Below, piece after piece: positions 1 through 11,359 of a stretch of DNA of 64,000 nt; within the stretch, counting starts at the first letter, position 1; each line of letters begins with the position of its first letter. Source of the DNA: Nitrospirota bacterium. GTDB lineage: Bacteria > Nitrospirota > Nitrospiria > 2-01-FULL-66-17. Position numbers and translations under genes: made by a program. The notes below the pieces were generated by a model, which saw nothing but the letters and a program-made list of their open reading frames with translations, did no database searches and had not been told where the DNA came from. The stretch covers positions 1-64,000 of the forward strand of contig JBMOMC010000001.1 in NCBI GenBank assembly GCA_049325335.1, written 5' to 3'.

Positions 1-24
1 CGACTTCGCTACTGTCCGTTTCAT
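1..24 (-). CDS. 5' end of a gene running off the left edge (MKRTVAKS...)
   Basis: ATG at 24-22 preceded by AGGAGG; only 8 codons visible. Confidence 0.4.
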
Positions 25-895
25 GCGGCTCCTCCTGTGTGTGCGTTGGGGATGTCTTCGCCGACACCCACTTCACCACATCAGGAGCCGCTACTCCAAT
101 CTCAACTAAGTTTAGGACGATCTCTGCCGCTTCTTCCTTCAACGAATGACCGACATAGTGCTTTAACAGCACATCGAATTCTTCATCTGGCGACGGATTT
201 TTATCGAAATCACGGCGATTGTTGAGCCACTGCCACACATCAGGGGTAATATCCCCTTGGGTCGAAAGTTTGGTAAGCACATCAGCGATGAAGACCTCAA
301 GCGCTGTTGCTGCGAGCACGACCGCTGTTCCGATCTTGGGAAGCGAAGCGGTAGCATCCAGGAGGATATCGTTCCAACGCGGGGGTATCCAGCCTGGCTC
401 TAGACTGTGGATGTCGTCCCACACCGGGGGGGTTACCGAGACGAATGACCAAGTCCATGCTTTTCCACCCCTACCTCTGACCAGGCCCTCCTTTGGCTCA
501 AGTTCTGTACCGTCGTCGTGGAGATATTGGAGGCGCCAAGACCCACGAGGAAAATCGATTGGTGTCACCTGAGCGCCCTGGGTCACATATCGCAGTCTCG
601 CCAACAGGCCTGTGATAGCACGCCGAAGTAGCTCCTCCGGTGGATCCATTGGCGAATCTTTCTCACGACAATAAGTGTCTTTCCGGAACTCGAACTGGAG
701 AGTGTTGGCTGCGAAGGAACTAACGCCATTCGCTTCAAGATTGTCAGGAACGTCCGCATGAATCGGAACATCACTTCGGCCTGGAGGCATTGCGGTTACA
801 TGATATCCCTCGTCCACATAGGTGTAGGCTGTAAAATAAGTATTGTTGGGTACGATCATGACAAACGGAGTATGGACGTAAAACCTAGCCAACAT
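1..895 (-). CDS. hypothetical protein, possibly HEPN-like, open to the window edge and absent from the ORF track
   Basis: ATG at 895 after GGAGGAGG; hand translation has no stop down to position 2 (MLARFYVHTPF...AVVLAATALEVFIADVL...EEFDVLLKHYVGHSLKEE); lower GC than neighbours. Confidence 0.7.
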   Translation of the reverse strand, partial: MLARFYVHTPFVMIVPNNTYFTAYTYVDEGYHVTAMPPGRSDVPIHADVPDNLEANGVSSFAANTLQFEFRKDTYCREKDSPMDPPEELLRRAITGLLARLRYVTQGAQVTPIDFPRGSWRLQYLHDDGTELEPKEGLVRGRGGKAWTWSFVSVTPPVWDDIHSLEPGWIPPRWNDILLDATASLPKIGTAVVLAATALEVFIADVLTKLSTQGDITPDVWQWLNNRRDFDKNPSPDEEFDVLLKHYVGHSLKEEAAEIVLNLVEIGVAAPDVVKWVSAKTSPTHTQEEPHETDSSEV

Positions 896-941
896 GGCCT
901 CCTCCAAGAGATCAAAACTCTGAGAGCCTCAACAACGCCCA

Positions 942-1702
942 CTATCCTACGCGGTCAATGGTTCTGACCGCCAACGACAAACAGACGAACGTGAACGCCA
1001 TAAAGCACGCAAATTCGATCAACACCACGCCCGTCGATCCAATCCCCAGCAGGCTGTAACGCAACACGTCCACCTGCCACGTCATGGGGTTGATCCATGC
1101 GATGGCGCGGAACCATGTGGGCAGGGAGTCGATTGGGTAGAACATGGTGCTGAGGAACATCAGGAGGATGTAGGCGGCGCTGTTGAAGGTGTTGAAGGAG
1201 TCCATGCGATCGAAGTGGATCGCGGGGATGCTCAGGAAGAAGAACCAGCCGGCGGTGGTGCACATGACCACCAGCATGGTCACGGGCAACCAGACCCAGC
1301 GGACCGCGATGTCTAGGGCCAACGCGCCCAGCAGAATCGCGAGCAGGGCGCCGGTGGCGCTGAGCAAGACGTTGAAGCAGATTTTGCCGAACAGGAACTG
1401 GCGGCGGGTGATGGGATAGGTGAGCAGTTCATAGAAGATGCCGGAGTCCTTGTCCATAAAAAATCCCCACGACGTGTTCAGCGCAATGCCGAACGTGGTC
1501 ATGGCCAGCACGCCGGCCAGGAAGAAGTCCGCGTACGGGATGGGCGTTCCGCCGATGGCAAACCCTTGGCCGAACGTGCGCTCGAACCCGAGGCCGAACA
1601 GTAAGAGATACGCGACCGGCACGAACAGGTCCCAGAACACGAACCCGATATTGCTGACGCGCTGCCGCCAGTCGCGGTAAAAGATCGCCACCAGCCCGCT
1701 CA

Positions 1703-1703
<1 letters not shown>
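942..1703 (-). CDS. ABC-2 type transporter permease
   Basis: Multiple TM segments, FYPIDSLP and WINPMTWQVD motifs; ATG overlaps the ATPase stop (TGATG). Confidence 0.9.
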
Positions 1704-2662
<959 letters not shown>

Positions 2663-2727
2663 GGGCCAATGCAAACAAGACCGACGCAGGCGATCGGACG
2701 CCAGCGCCACCGCTTGTCCGTTGCGCG

Positions 2728-3537
2728 CTACTTCCGGACGCCGATCGTCACCAGATAGTCGCGCGGCATAGCCACGCCGAGTTCGGTTCGGTACCCGTCG
2801 TGGAAGGCGATAAAATCTTGCTTCAATTTCTCCCGCCGCTCCGGGTCCAGGTTCGCGGCCAGGGATTTGGTGGGGCCGTAGCCCGCCACGAAGATGTCCC
2901 AGACCGCGGAGCCGCTGGGCTCGCGCAGCACCGTGGTCCCGGTTTCGAATTTGAGGTCAAAGGTTAAGCCCAGAAGTTGTTTCACCCGCTCCGGGCTGCC
3001 CCACTCGAACGGAGACGGCGGCGGAGGCGTGGGCGGCGCGGGCATGTAGGGTTTCATAACCTTGAACAGGCCGGCGACGGTTCCTTCAGCAGGCCAAGTG
3101 GTGAGGCCCAGGCGCCCGCCGGGCTTGCACACGCGCGCCAACTCGGCTGCGGCCGCCTCGGGGTCGCGCACGAACATGACCCCGCAGGTCGAAATCACGG
3201 CATCGAAACTTCGATCGTTGAAGGGCAGCTTCTCGGCGTCGCCAACTCGAAAGTCGATGGCCAGCCGAGCCTCGGCCGCCGCGGCTTTGGCTGCGTCGAT
3301 CAGATCAGCGCCCAGATCCACGCCGGTCACCGTGGCGCCTCGTGCAGCCACGCGGCGCGCGGTCCAGCCCGTACCCGTGGCCACGTCCAGCACGCGCTCT
3401 CCCGGCCGTGGAGCGAGGCGAATGACGCAGTGTTCGATCGAATCGGCAATGGTCTGGCTGATTCGCTCGTACTGCTGCCCGCCCGCGTTCCACGTGGCGG
3501 CCATCTTGATGTTTTGTGGCTGAATGGCTTCCGTCAT
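2728..3537 (-). CDS. class I SAM-dependent methyltransferase
   Basis: VLDVATGTG, GDAEKLPF, FDAVIS, KPGGRL motifs. Confidence 0.9.
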   Translation of the reverse strand: MTEAIQPQNIKMAATWNAGGQQYERISQTIADSIEHCVIRLAPRPGERVLDVATGTGWTARRVAARGATVTGVDLGADLIDAAKAAAAEARLAIDFRVGDAEKLPFNDRSFDAVISTCGVMFVRDPEAAAAELARVCKPGGRLGLTTWPAEGTVAGLFKVMKPYMPAPPTPPPPSPFEWGSPERVKQLLGLTFDLKFETGTTVLREPSGSAVWDIFVAGYGPTKSLAANLDPERREKLKQDFIAFHDGYRTELGVAMPRDYLVTIGVRK

Positions 3538-3646
3538 ATACCCTCCCAGGTTATCCGATACGATCGATGAGGCTCACCGCCGATGTGCTTCAGTTGCCCG
3601 CGATAGTACGCGGAGTCCTATATGTTGGTGCAAGCCTCGCCCCCAA

Positions 3647-4528
3647 CTACGTTCGTGAGTCGGCAACCGCCAGCCTAGCGAACCGTCGCTGCAATCCGTT
3701 GACCTGCGCAAGGTAGGCACGGATATCATGGTCACCGCACCGCTGGCCCGCGGTCACCCGAAAACCGCGCGCGGCATAGCCGTCGCCCGCTCCCGCTCCG
3801 CACAGGTGGATCACCGCGGCCAGATCCTGCTTCTGCCGAAGCGTGGCCGCCGCGATCCGTCGGCGCTCCATCACCCTCGCCACGCCGCGATCCAGCATCG
3901 CCGCGGTCATCTCAATGGCGTGGCTGGGCAACACACGCGTGTAGAGGTTGTTGAACCAGCACAATCTCGCCCCCTCCAACGGGGCATCCTCGACGACCAC
4001 ATGGTCGTGAATGCAGTACCGCCTCGCCTCGCGGAACGTCCCGTCCGTGATCTGGTACATGCCGACCGCGCTGGACGCGGGCTGGTACAGCTCGAAGGGG
4101 TCCTTCGTCACACGCCACCGCCAGTACGTCCGCGCCACGGGGTTGCCCGCGCCTTCGACCTGGGCGAGCGCCGCCAGAAAATCGGGCGTGATGACGGCGG
4201 TCGAATGCGCGCGAAAGAGCGGTCCATACCGATCCCACGTCTCGGGCGGACTCTTGGCCAGCGCGTCGCTCACCGGAAAGAACAATTCCGTTGGCTTGCG
4301 AACCGTCTGATAGATCCAATTGGCCGCGGACCACGTCACCACGAGGACAACCACCGCGAAAAGGAACCGCACCGTCATCGGCGCTCGCCACATCACCCGG
4401 AGCACACGCCGGGGCAACGACACGCGACGACGTCTGGCCGCAGTCCGGACCCGACGCACGCGCCGCTTTCGTGGAGCGGATCTGGTCGCGCGCAAACGTG
4501 ACCTGAGCACCATGAGCCGATGATCCAT
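3647..4528 (-). CDS. membrane-anchored lytic transglycosylase (SLT domain) protein
   Basis: Arg-rich N-terminus, one TM, AQVEGAGNP catalytic Glu and SAVGMYQITDGT motif. Confidence 0.75.
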   Translation of the reverse strand: MDHRLMVLRSRLRATRSAPRKRRVRRVRTAARRRRVSLPRRVLRVMWRAPMTVRFLFAVVVLVVTWSAANWIYQTVRKPTELFFPVSDALAKSPPETWDRYGPLFRAHSTAVITPDFLAALAQVEGAGNPVARTYWRWRVTKDPFELYQPASSAVGMYQITDGTFREARRYCIHDHVVVEDAPLEGARLCWFNNLYTRVLPSHAIEMTAAMLDRGVARVMERRRIAAATLRQKQDLAAVIHLCGAGAGDGYAARGFRVTAGQRCGDHDIRAYLAQVNGLQRRFARLAVADSRT

Positions 4529-4595
4529 CAGCAAACGACTGAAGCGAGACAGTCGCTACTACGTCAACGAGTCCAGCCTGACCCTCAAGGCCACT

Positions 4596-4829
4596 CTAAC
4601 GGGCCTTGTTCTCCTCGACCCGTTGTTTATAGGTGTCGTAAGGCATCGTAGCCGTCTCCATGCAACGCGCTCGTTCATCGTGATCCATCAACCGGTTACA
4701 CTCGTGGTAACGCCATCCTTGACCAGAGTCATAAACCTGCCGGGACGTACAGGCGGACACCAACATCGCGAGAACCAATATAATCAAACTCAGCGGCGCT
4801 CTCAACGCACTCCTCCCGTATAACCTCAT
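4596..4829 (-). CDS. small putative lipoprotein
   Basis: Hydrophobic leader with VSAC lipobox; overlaps the upstream stop. Confidence 0.65.
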   Translation of the reverse strand: MRLYGRSALRAPLSLIILVLAMLVSACTSRQVYDSGQGWRYHECNRLMDHDERARCMETATMPYDTYKQRVEENKAR

Positions 4830-5314
4830 CCGTGTGCCACCGCTCTTAGATCAAACAACTGGGGTGTGACATGAGTGCCGGACACCAGCAGACGCCCGGC
4901 AGCAACCGGCAGCTGAAAGCGCCGCGGACCCGCGCTACCCGGATTCACGAACAACACCCCGCGCTCAATTCGATGCGCCGGGCGGTGCGAGTGCCCCGAC
5001 ACCACCACATGGAACCCGGCTGCCGCCGGATTAAGATCGAGATCGTCGAGATTGTGAATCACGAGCACGGACATGACACCGACCTTCAACACGTCCGTTT
5101 CCGGCAACGCCGAGGCCCACGATCCCTTGTCGTTGTTGCCGCGGATCGCCGTCACCGGCGCCACCCGAGACAACTCGTCGAGCACTGTGGGATCACCAAT
5201 GTCACCCGCGTGGATAATAAAATCGCTGCCTCGCAATGCATCCGCGGCTTCGGGCCGCAACAACCCGTGTGTATCGGAGATGAGACCAACCGTGAACGTG
5301 CGAGTCGACGACAT
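4826..5314 (-). CDS. YfcE-family metallophosphoesterase
   Basis: ISDTHG, HAGD, GNND, GHSH, NPGS motifs. Confidence 0.92.
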   Translation of the reverse strand: MSSTRTFTVGLISDTHGLLRPEAADALRGSDFIIHAGDIGDPTVLDELSRVAPVTAIRGNNDKGSWASALPETDVLKVGVMSVLVIHNLDDLDLNPAAAGFHVVVSGHSHRPAHRIERGVLFVNPGSAGPRRFQLPVAAGRLLVSGTHVTPQLFDLRAVAHG

Positions 5315-5337
5315 AAAGTCAACGAGTCAAGCCTTCC

Positions 5338-5736
5338 CTACGATTGTCTCTGCAAGCACTCCTCACCCAGTACGTTCTCCACCGACCGTCCCTTGTACCC
5401 AGGCAACTCGCTCACTTCTCCGAATCCAAGACTAATTGCCTCCTGGAGGCTATCCGCGGCGATTTCGTATGCGTTGATTGAGCCTGCGGGCAAACCACAT
5501 ACAGCCGCGTGTAGCAAACCATCACCAGATCGGCAAGATGAGAGAACTTTTATGTAATTTCCCGTGAGCGTCTTCTTCATGACCTCCAGCGGAATTCCTT
5601 GTGTGCCACACTGAACGTCACCACGATGTTTATAGACCCAAACGGTTGACAACGAACTAGGTTCGATCTCGTAGGGCACGCTGCATGAAGGTATCGTCAC
5701 CAGCAAACATGAGAAAACTACCCTTCTATTCCACAT
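5338..5736 (-). CDS. hypothetical Cys-containing putative lipoprotein
   Basis: Leader ending IPSC, several Cys, GAGGA upstream, lower GC. Confidence 0.6.
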   Translation of the reverse strand: MWNRRVVFSCLLVTIPSCSVPYEIEPSSLSTVWVYKHRGDVQCGTQGIPLEVMKKTLTGNYIKVLSSCRSGDGLLHAAVCGLPAGSINAYEIAADSLQEAISLGFGEVSELPGYKGRSVENVLGEECLQRQS

Positions 5737-5756
5737 CCGTCCTCTTCAGTTCCTAT

Positions 5757-5805
5757 GGGGACGTTCCTAAATAATCTAAGAAAGAATTGGGGCCAGATTT
5801 ATTTT
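5757..5805. repeat. two short GGGG-initiated AT-tailed motifs, possibly REP-like
   Basis: GGGGACGTTCCTAAATA (5757-5773) and GGGGCCAGATTTATTTT (5789-5805) at the edge of a lower-GC block. Confidence 0.35.
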
Positions 5806-5807
5806 CG

Positions 5808-6275
5808 TCATTTCTGCCGCTTGGGCGGGGATACCACCGCCCACCCCAATGCCGCGATCGCCGCGATGAGGATGGTCCCGTTCAGCGCCACGGCGCGGCG
5901 GTGGAGGGTGTCGAAACGCTCGCGGGTGACGGGGTTTTCGCTTGCGGGGTCGGTTTGGCGAAGTTCGGCGCGGAGGGTGCGCGCTTCGGGGGAGATGCCG
6001 AGTCCGGCGTAGAGCGTGGCGCCCAGCAACGCGATCAGTAAGACGTTGCGGACTTTGCCGCGAAACCCTGCCGCGAACCACAGCGTCACCACGGCAAGCC
6101 CGCCGCAGACGTAGCCCACAATGTGATACGGGGCAAAGAGCTTGTTCATCAGATCCCCGGCTTGCTGCGTGGGAAAGGTCTGGAACGCGATGGGCGCGAG
6201 CAGGCCGGAGAAGAACAACATCACGCCCACCCAGAAGGCGAGCACGGCGATGTGTAGTCGCGCCCAGATCGTCAT
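5808..6275 (-). CDS. DUF4149-like membrane protein
   Basis: Four TM segments, [10 protein letters not shown] and FDTLHRRA motifs. Confidence 0.75.
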   Translation of the reverse strand: MTIWARLHIAVLAFWVGVMLFFSGLLAPIAFQTFPTQQAGDLMNKLFAPYHIVGYVCGGLAVVTLWFAAGFRGKVRNVLLIALLGATLYAGLGISPEARTLRAELRQTDPASENPVTRERFDTLHRRAVALNGTILIAAIAALGWAVVSPPKRQK

Positions 6276-6646
6276 GGCTGCGGAGTGAACCCCGGTGCGC
6301 GGTGGCGGGCTGTGACCACGGTGTGGATGCCGCCGCGCACGAAGAAGTCGCCCTCGATCTCCGCAAAACGCGGCTGGATCGTGGCCACCAGGTCGTTGAG
6401 GATCGCGTTGGTCACGGCTTCGTGGAACGCGCCTTCGTTACGGAACGACCATAAATACAGTTTCAGCGATTTGAGCTCGACGCAGAGCCGATCCGGGATG
6501 TAGCGAATGCGAATCGTGGCGAAGTCGGGCTGGCCGGTCTTGGGGCACAGACAAGTGAACTCCGGGCACTCGAACCGGATCTCGTAATCGCGTTCGGGAT
6601 TCGGGTTCGGGAATGTGTCGAGCGACTTGGAGGGGCTGGCGGGCAC
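6272..6646 (-). CDS. queF: NADPH-dependent 7-cyano-7-deazaguanine reductase
   Basis: [33 protein letters not shown] motifs. Confidence 0.95.
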   Translation of the reverse strand: MPASPSKSLDTFPNPNPERDYEIRFECPEFTCLCPKTGQPDFATIRIRYIPDRLCVELKSLKLYLWSFRNEGAFHEAVTNAILNDLVATIQPRFAEIEGDFFVRGGIHTVVTARHRAPGFTPQP

Positions 6647-6715
6647 GGGCGGATGGTACCGCAGCGCTCCCAGGCTTTGCAATCCGCCGCGGGCTTTGAG
6701 TAGAATCGAGAAACT

Positions 6716-7075
6716 ATGCCACCTAGAGGGCTTATCCGACCGATATTCTCGATCTCGTTGCTCCTGCTGTCGGGCATGTCCGCCTTGGCCGCCGAATCCA
6801 AGGCCCCTACCAAGCCGCCTCTGATGGCGGAAGGGACGGTGACCATCACCGAGGTGAACTATTTCTCGAATTTCAATATTGCGGCGTACTCGATCGCGGC
6901 CGGCGCCATGATGATCTGGGCGGACCGCATGGGACCGCTATGCCCGGGCACCGAAGTCGGGACCACGATCACGGCGCGCTACGACAACAAGCTGATGTTC
7001 CTTGGGGACGAAAAGGACCGCTGCAAGCTGACGATCCGGCGGATGGAGTTCACGGGTCCGCCCCAGCCCCACTGA
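6716..7075 (+). CDS. secreted hypothetical protein
   Basis: Signal peptide ending ALA-A, two Cys. Confidence 0.6.
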   Translation: MPPRGLIRPIFSISLLLLSGMSALAAESKAPTKPPLMAEGTVTITEVNYFSNFNIAAYSIAAGAMMIWADRMGPLCPGTEVGTTITARYDNKLMFLGDEKDRCKLTIRRMEFTGPPQPH

Positions 7076-7094
7076 CTGAGACCTCATCCGGCCG

Positions 7095-8834
7095 TCAGCG
7101 GACGGCCACGACCTCGTCTGCGGGCTTGCCCGCAGGCAATACCGGCAACGACACGCCGCGCGGGGTCACGGTCATCGACGCATCGCGGTAGGCCCGGGCC
7201 GCGGGGTCCTTGGTGACGCGCTGGGCCAACCGATACAGCTTCCACACCAACGCCAACGTCCCGGTCAGCTCGGCGGAGACTTCCCTGATCCGCCGCCGGG
7301 CAAATGTCCAGCGCGATTCGATGGCAAGCCCGGGCCGTCGCTCGGATCGGTGTTTGCGCCGGAGAATGCCCGCCTGCAACGGGTGCACGCCCTCGACGAA
7401 CATCGAGCCTCGAAACCAGATGAACTGCCCCAGCATCTTGCCCACGCTGTGGCCCTCGGCGTGCCGGCGCCGGAAGATCGTCTCCATGTGTTCCCACGTG
7501 TAGAACGATTGCCACGCGCCCTGATACGCTCGCATCCACTCGTCACGGGACATCTTGGGATGACGCGCGCACGGGTGTTCCGTGTCGTACCAGTTCATAT
7601 CCGGTTCAAGCCACGCGCCTTGTTTGACCATGGTCTGATGGTCTTCGGACCCCGGTAACGGCGTCAACACGAAGAACTCCACCAGGTCGAGCGGCAACTC
7701 GCGCTTGAGGATTTCCACGTCGCGCATGACGGATTCGTAGGTGTCGTTGGGAAAGCCGATGATGTAGCCCGCGAATGTGACCGCGTTGGCCTTGCGCCAG
7801 GCTTGGAGCATCTCGCGGTACTCGTGGACCTGGTTCTGCTTCTTGCCCGTGTCCTTCAGCGTCTGCGGGTTGACGTTCTCCATCCCGATGAACACCTTTC
7901 TGCAGCCGGCTTTGCCCGCTTTTTCCACAAAGCGCGGGATGCGGTGGCTCGCGGTGTCCACCTGAAGAATGAAGGAGATTTTGATGCCGTCCCGCTTGCG
8001 CAGCAGGATGATCCGGTCGAAGATCGCCTCCCAGTGTTTGTTGCGGGCAAAATCGTCGTCGGTGATGAAGTACCGTTGAATGCCCATGCGATGGTTGGCG
8101 CGGATGATCGCCTCGATGTCGTCCGCGGTGCGGTACCGCGACTTGCGGCCCTGCACGTTGATGATGGTGCAGAAGCTGCACTCAAAGGGACAGCCGCGGC
8201 CCGCGTCGAACGTCGTGAGATGTCCGACGTAGCGCGACACCACGTCGGCCGGAAGGACCGGCACGGTCTGGCCCTGCAGATTCGGCAAGTCCTTCAAGAA
8301 ATTGTACAAGGGCTTCAACCGACCGTGGAGTGCGTCCTCCAGCACGTCGCCCCAATGTTCTTCCACCTCGCCCGCCACCAAGCTGATGCCTGAGTCCATC
8401 GCCGCGGTCAGATCAGCCGGAATGGTCTCCAGCATCGACAGGCACCCACTGACATGGAACCCGCCGATCAGCACGGGCACCCCCGCCGCGCGGAATTGAC
8501 GCGCCAGATCCATGGCCCGCGGAAACTGGTTGGACTGCACGCCGGCCAGACACACCACGCCCGGTGAACCTGGCGCGGTCAATTGGCTGATGATTTTTTT
8601 GATCGGGATCCGTTGGTTGGTCTCGTCGTAGACGTCGATCGGCACGTGAACGTCCGGCCCCAAGCGACCCGCCGCGACCACCGACTCCGTGATTCCGTAG
8701 AGACAGGCCAACGTGTTGCTGGGAATACACGAGCGCATCCACCGGATCACGTACCCCTCGTCGTCGTAATGCGACGGTTTGATCATCACGACCCGGAACG
8801 TCCGTTGATTCCGGTGCTCCATTACGGCGTCCAT
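7095..8834 (-). CDS. B12-binding radical SAM protein
   Basis: GRGCPFECSFC (CxxxCxxC); N-terminal IGGFH..GEVE cobalamin-binding-type domain; AGGAGG before ATG 8834. Confidence 0.88.
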   Translation of the reverse strand: MDAVMEHRNQRTFRVVMIKPSHYDDEGYVIRWMRSCIPSNTLACLYGITESVVAAGRLGPDVHVPIDVYDETNQRIPIKKIISQLTAPGSPGVVCLAGVQSNQFPRAMDLARQFRAAGVPVLIGGFHVSGCLSMLETIPADLTAAMDSGISLVAGEVEEHWGDVLEDALHGRLKPLYNFLKDLPNLQGQTVPVLPADVVSRYVGHLTTFDAGRGCPFECSFCTIINVQGRKSRYRTADDIEAIIRANHRMGIQRYFITDDDFARNKHWEAIFDRIILLRKRDGIKISFILQVDTASHRIPRFVEKAGKAGCRKVFIGMENVNPQTLKDTGKKQNQVHEYREMLQAWRKANAVTFAGYIIGFPNDTYESVMRDVEILKRELPLDLVEFFVLTPLPGSEDHQTMVKQGAWLEPDMNWYDTEHPCARHPKMSRDEWMRAYQGAWQSFYTWEHMETIFRRRHAEGHSVGKMLGQFIWFRGSMFVEGVHPLQAGILRRKHRSERRPGLAIESRWTFARRRIREVSAELTGTLALVWKLYRLAQRVTKDPAARAYRDASMTVTPRGVSLPVLPAGKPADEVVAVR

Positions 8835-8897
8835 CAGCGCCCTCCTCGGCCAACGCATCATAACCGATTCCGAGAAAAACAACAGGGAATCTCGGCG

Positions 8898-8926
8898 TTG
8901 CGATCATCAACGCGCTTCGCTATACT
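8898..8926 (+). promoter_or_regulatory. sigma70-type promoter
   Basis: TTGCGA-N17-TATACT upstream of 8956. Confidence 0.55.
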
Positions 8927-8955
8927 GCCGCGTCGGATTTTTCGGGGAGGAGCGC

Positions 8956-9486
8956 ATGGGCTCGACCAGCCGGATCATCGTCGCGGGAATCGTGGGCGGC
9001 CTCGCCATGCAAGCCTATTCCTTGTTCGCCTGGCTCGTGTTGCCGTATAACCGCTCATTTTTCGACATGCTCCCCATGGCAAGCAGTCTTCAACAACTCT
9101 TCTTCGAACACGCGCCGGATCTGCGCGACGGCATGTGGGTGTTCGGCCAGCCAGGCTCGACCGATCCCGGCGGCGTGGTGTTGCTGTTTCTGAACGGCTT
9201 GCCCCATCCCGCGTGGGACTTCGCCGGCGGCGGGGTGATTTCGCTCTTAACCGGGCTCGCGGTGAGTTGGATTTACGCGACCACCGCATCGATCTGGGCG
9301 CCCGCGCCGCGCAAAGGCGTGTTGTTCGTCATGATGCTGGGTGCGGTGGCCGCGATCCCCGCGCAGTTCCACCTGGCCATCACCGTGGGCCAGCCCATTC
9401 CGTTTTCCCTGGCCATGGCCGCGGACACGGTGATTCAGTTTACGCTCCTCGGTCTCGTGCTCGCCGTCGCGCACCGCCGCGCCTGA
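8956..9486 (+). CDS. hypothetical membrane protein
   Basis: Four hydrophobic segments, GGAGGA RBS. Confidence 0.7.
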   Translation: MGSTSRIIVAGIVGGLAMQAYSLFAWLVLPYNRSFFDMLPMASSLQQLFFEHAPDLRDGMWVFGQPGSTDPGGVVLLFLNGLPHPAWDFAGGGVISLLTGLAVSWIYATTASIWAPAPRKGVLFVMMLGAVAAIPAQFHLAITVGQPIPFSLAMAADTVIQFTLLGLVLAVAHRRA

Positions 9487-9512
9487 TACGGTCTCGGAAA
9501 CCGCTCGCCCCG

Positions 9513-11237
9513 GTGGACGCATTGACCAAACCCGATCTGCTGCAAGACATCACCCGACTGGTCCAAACGATCAGCGCGCCGCCCGTGAGCCGCGACACGC
9601 GACGCGCCTGTCGCGACCGTCTCGCGCAACTGCGCGAAACCTATCGCGCCAAACCCGACCTGTTCGATCCCGCCACCATTCGTTTACTCAAACAACTCGC
9701 GGAGGAACTCGACTCCGTGCCGTCCGCGGTGGGGCTGACCCCGCGCGAAGTCCTGCGCGCCGCGTTCGGTTACACCGAGTTCCGGACCGGTCAGGAAGAG
9801 ATTATTTCCGCAACGCTGGAGGGCCGAGACTGCATCGGGGTGATGCCCACCGGCGCGGGCAAATCGTTGACGTACCAGATTCCCGCCCGCATCCTGGGCG
9901 GGACCACCCTCGTCATTTCGCCTTTGATCGCGCTCATGAAGGACCAGGTGGACGCGCTCGACGAGTTGGGGATTCGCGCCACGTTCATCAACACGAGCCT
10001 GGAGCCCGAGGAACGGCGTTCGCGCGTGGCGGCCTTGCGCGCCGGGCGGTACGAACTGGTGTACGCGGCGCCCGAGGGCATCGAAGCGTCGCTGGCCGAC
10101 GTGCTCGCGGGATGCGACATCCGACTGGTCGCGGTGGACGAAGCGCACTGCATCAGCCAGTGGGGACACGACTTTCGTCCCGCGTATCGGAACCTGGCCG
10201 GCCTCAAGACGCGATTCGGCGGCGCGCCCGTGCTCGCGCTCACCGCCACCGCGACCGCGGAAGTGGTCGCCGACATCGAACGCCAACTGGGCATGCGCGC
10301 GCCCATGCGCTTTCGCGGCTCGTTCTTCCGGCCGAACCTCCGGCTGTCCGTGTACCGAAAGGGCGACGGCCGCAACACGCGCGCCGACATTTTATCGCTC
10401 GTGCGCGAGCGCGCGGACCGCAGCGGGATCGTGTATTGTCTGAGCCGAAAATCCGTGGAGGCCGTCGCGGAGTTTCTCCGCGAACACGGCATCCGCGCCC
10501 GTCCGTACCACGCGGGCATGGACTCCGGCGACCGCGCGCGGGTCCAGGACGCGTTCCGGCGCGACGAGATCGACGTGGTGGTCGCCACCGTGGCCTTCGG
10601 GATGGGCATCGATAAACCCAATATCCGGTATGTGATTCACCGGGACATGCCCAAGAGCCTGGAGGGGTACTACCAGGAAATCGGCCGGGCCGGACGAGAC
10701 GGCTCGCCCAGCGACTGCGTGCTGTTTTATTCGTGGGCCGAAGTGGCGAGTTACGATCGGTTCGTGGGCGGCGTCGAAGCGCCGGGCGTCCGCGACCGCG
10801 CGCGCGAGCTCACGCGCGAGATGTTCGCGTGGGCCGATCGCCGCGCGTGCCGCCACCAGACATTAGTCGCGTACCTGGGGGAGCAACTCGCGCCGTGCCG
10901 AACCTCGTGCGACGTCTGCAGCGGGGTGGACCTGCTCGCCACCTCGCGCGTCGCGGCGAAAAAACCCCGTCGGCAACGGACCGACGACGCGGAGGACGTC
11001 CCCATGGACGAGGCGCTGCTCGCGCGCCTCAAATCCCTGCGCAAACAACTGGCCGACGCGCGCGGCATCCCCGCGTATCTGGTGTTCTCCGACGCGGCGT
11101 TGATCCAGATGGTCGAACGCCGTCCCGCCGACGAAACCGAGTTCTTGGCCGTCAGCGGCGTCGGCCCGAAAAAGCTGGCGCAGTACGGATCGGCCTTCCT
11201 GGAAGCCCTTCGCCGCGACCCCCCTCGCGCGCCATGA
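9513..11237 (+). CDS. recQ: RecQ-family ATP-dependent DNA helicase (start approximate)
   Basis: MPTGAGKSL, VDEAHCISQWGHDFRP, QEIGRAGRDG, Cys-rich Zn region, C-terminal HRDC. Confidence 0.93.
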   Translation: MDALTKPDLLQDITRLVQTISAPPVSRDTRRACRDRLAQLRETYRAKPDLFDPATIRLLKQLAEELDSVPSAVGLTPREVLRAAFGYTEFRTGQEEIISATLEGRDCIGVMPTGAGKSLTYQIPARILGGTTLVISPLIALMKDQVDALDELGIRATFINTSLEPEERRSRVAALRAGRYELVYAAPEGIEASLADVLAGCDIRLVAVDEAHCISQWGHDFRPAYRNLAGLKTRFGGAPVLALTATATAEVVADIERQLGMRAPMRFRGSFFRPNLRLSVYRKGDGRNTRADILSLVRERADRSGIVYCLSRKSVEAVAEFLREHGIRARPYHAGMDSGDRARVQDAFRRDEIDVVVATVAFGMGIDKPNIRYVIHRDMPKSLEGYYQEIGRAGRDGSPSDCVLFYSWAEVASYDRFVGGVEAPGVRDRARELTREMFAWADRRACRHQTLVAYLGEQLAPCRTSCDVCSGVDLLATSRVAAKKPRRQRTDDAEDVPMDEALLARLKSLRKQLADARGIPAYLVFSDAALIQMVERRPADETEFLAVSGVGPKKLAQYGSAFLEALRRDPPRAP

Positions 11238-11247
11238 CCCGCGTGAA

Positions 11248-11276
11248 TTGACATCACCCAGGGCCTCTCCTAGAAT
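11248..11276 (+). promoter_or_regulatory. sigma70-type promoter of citrate synthase
   Basis: TTGACA-N17-TAGAAT. Confidence 0.7.
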
Positions 11277-11359
11277 TTAGCCGTGATCCGGTGATGGGAT
11301 GTTGAGCACCGCTCCCGCCATCCCGGATGTGGCGGGTCCGCGGCGAAAGGAGTCGTGAC

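Noticed and set aside
9135..9512. Long N-terminal extensions in the track (recQ, ABC permease, gspF, gpmI, anti-sigma)
   Set aside because: They overlap real upstream genes; downstream starts fit the homology and RBS or overlap signals
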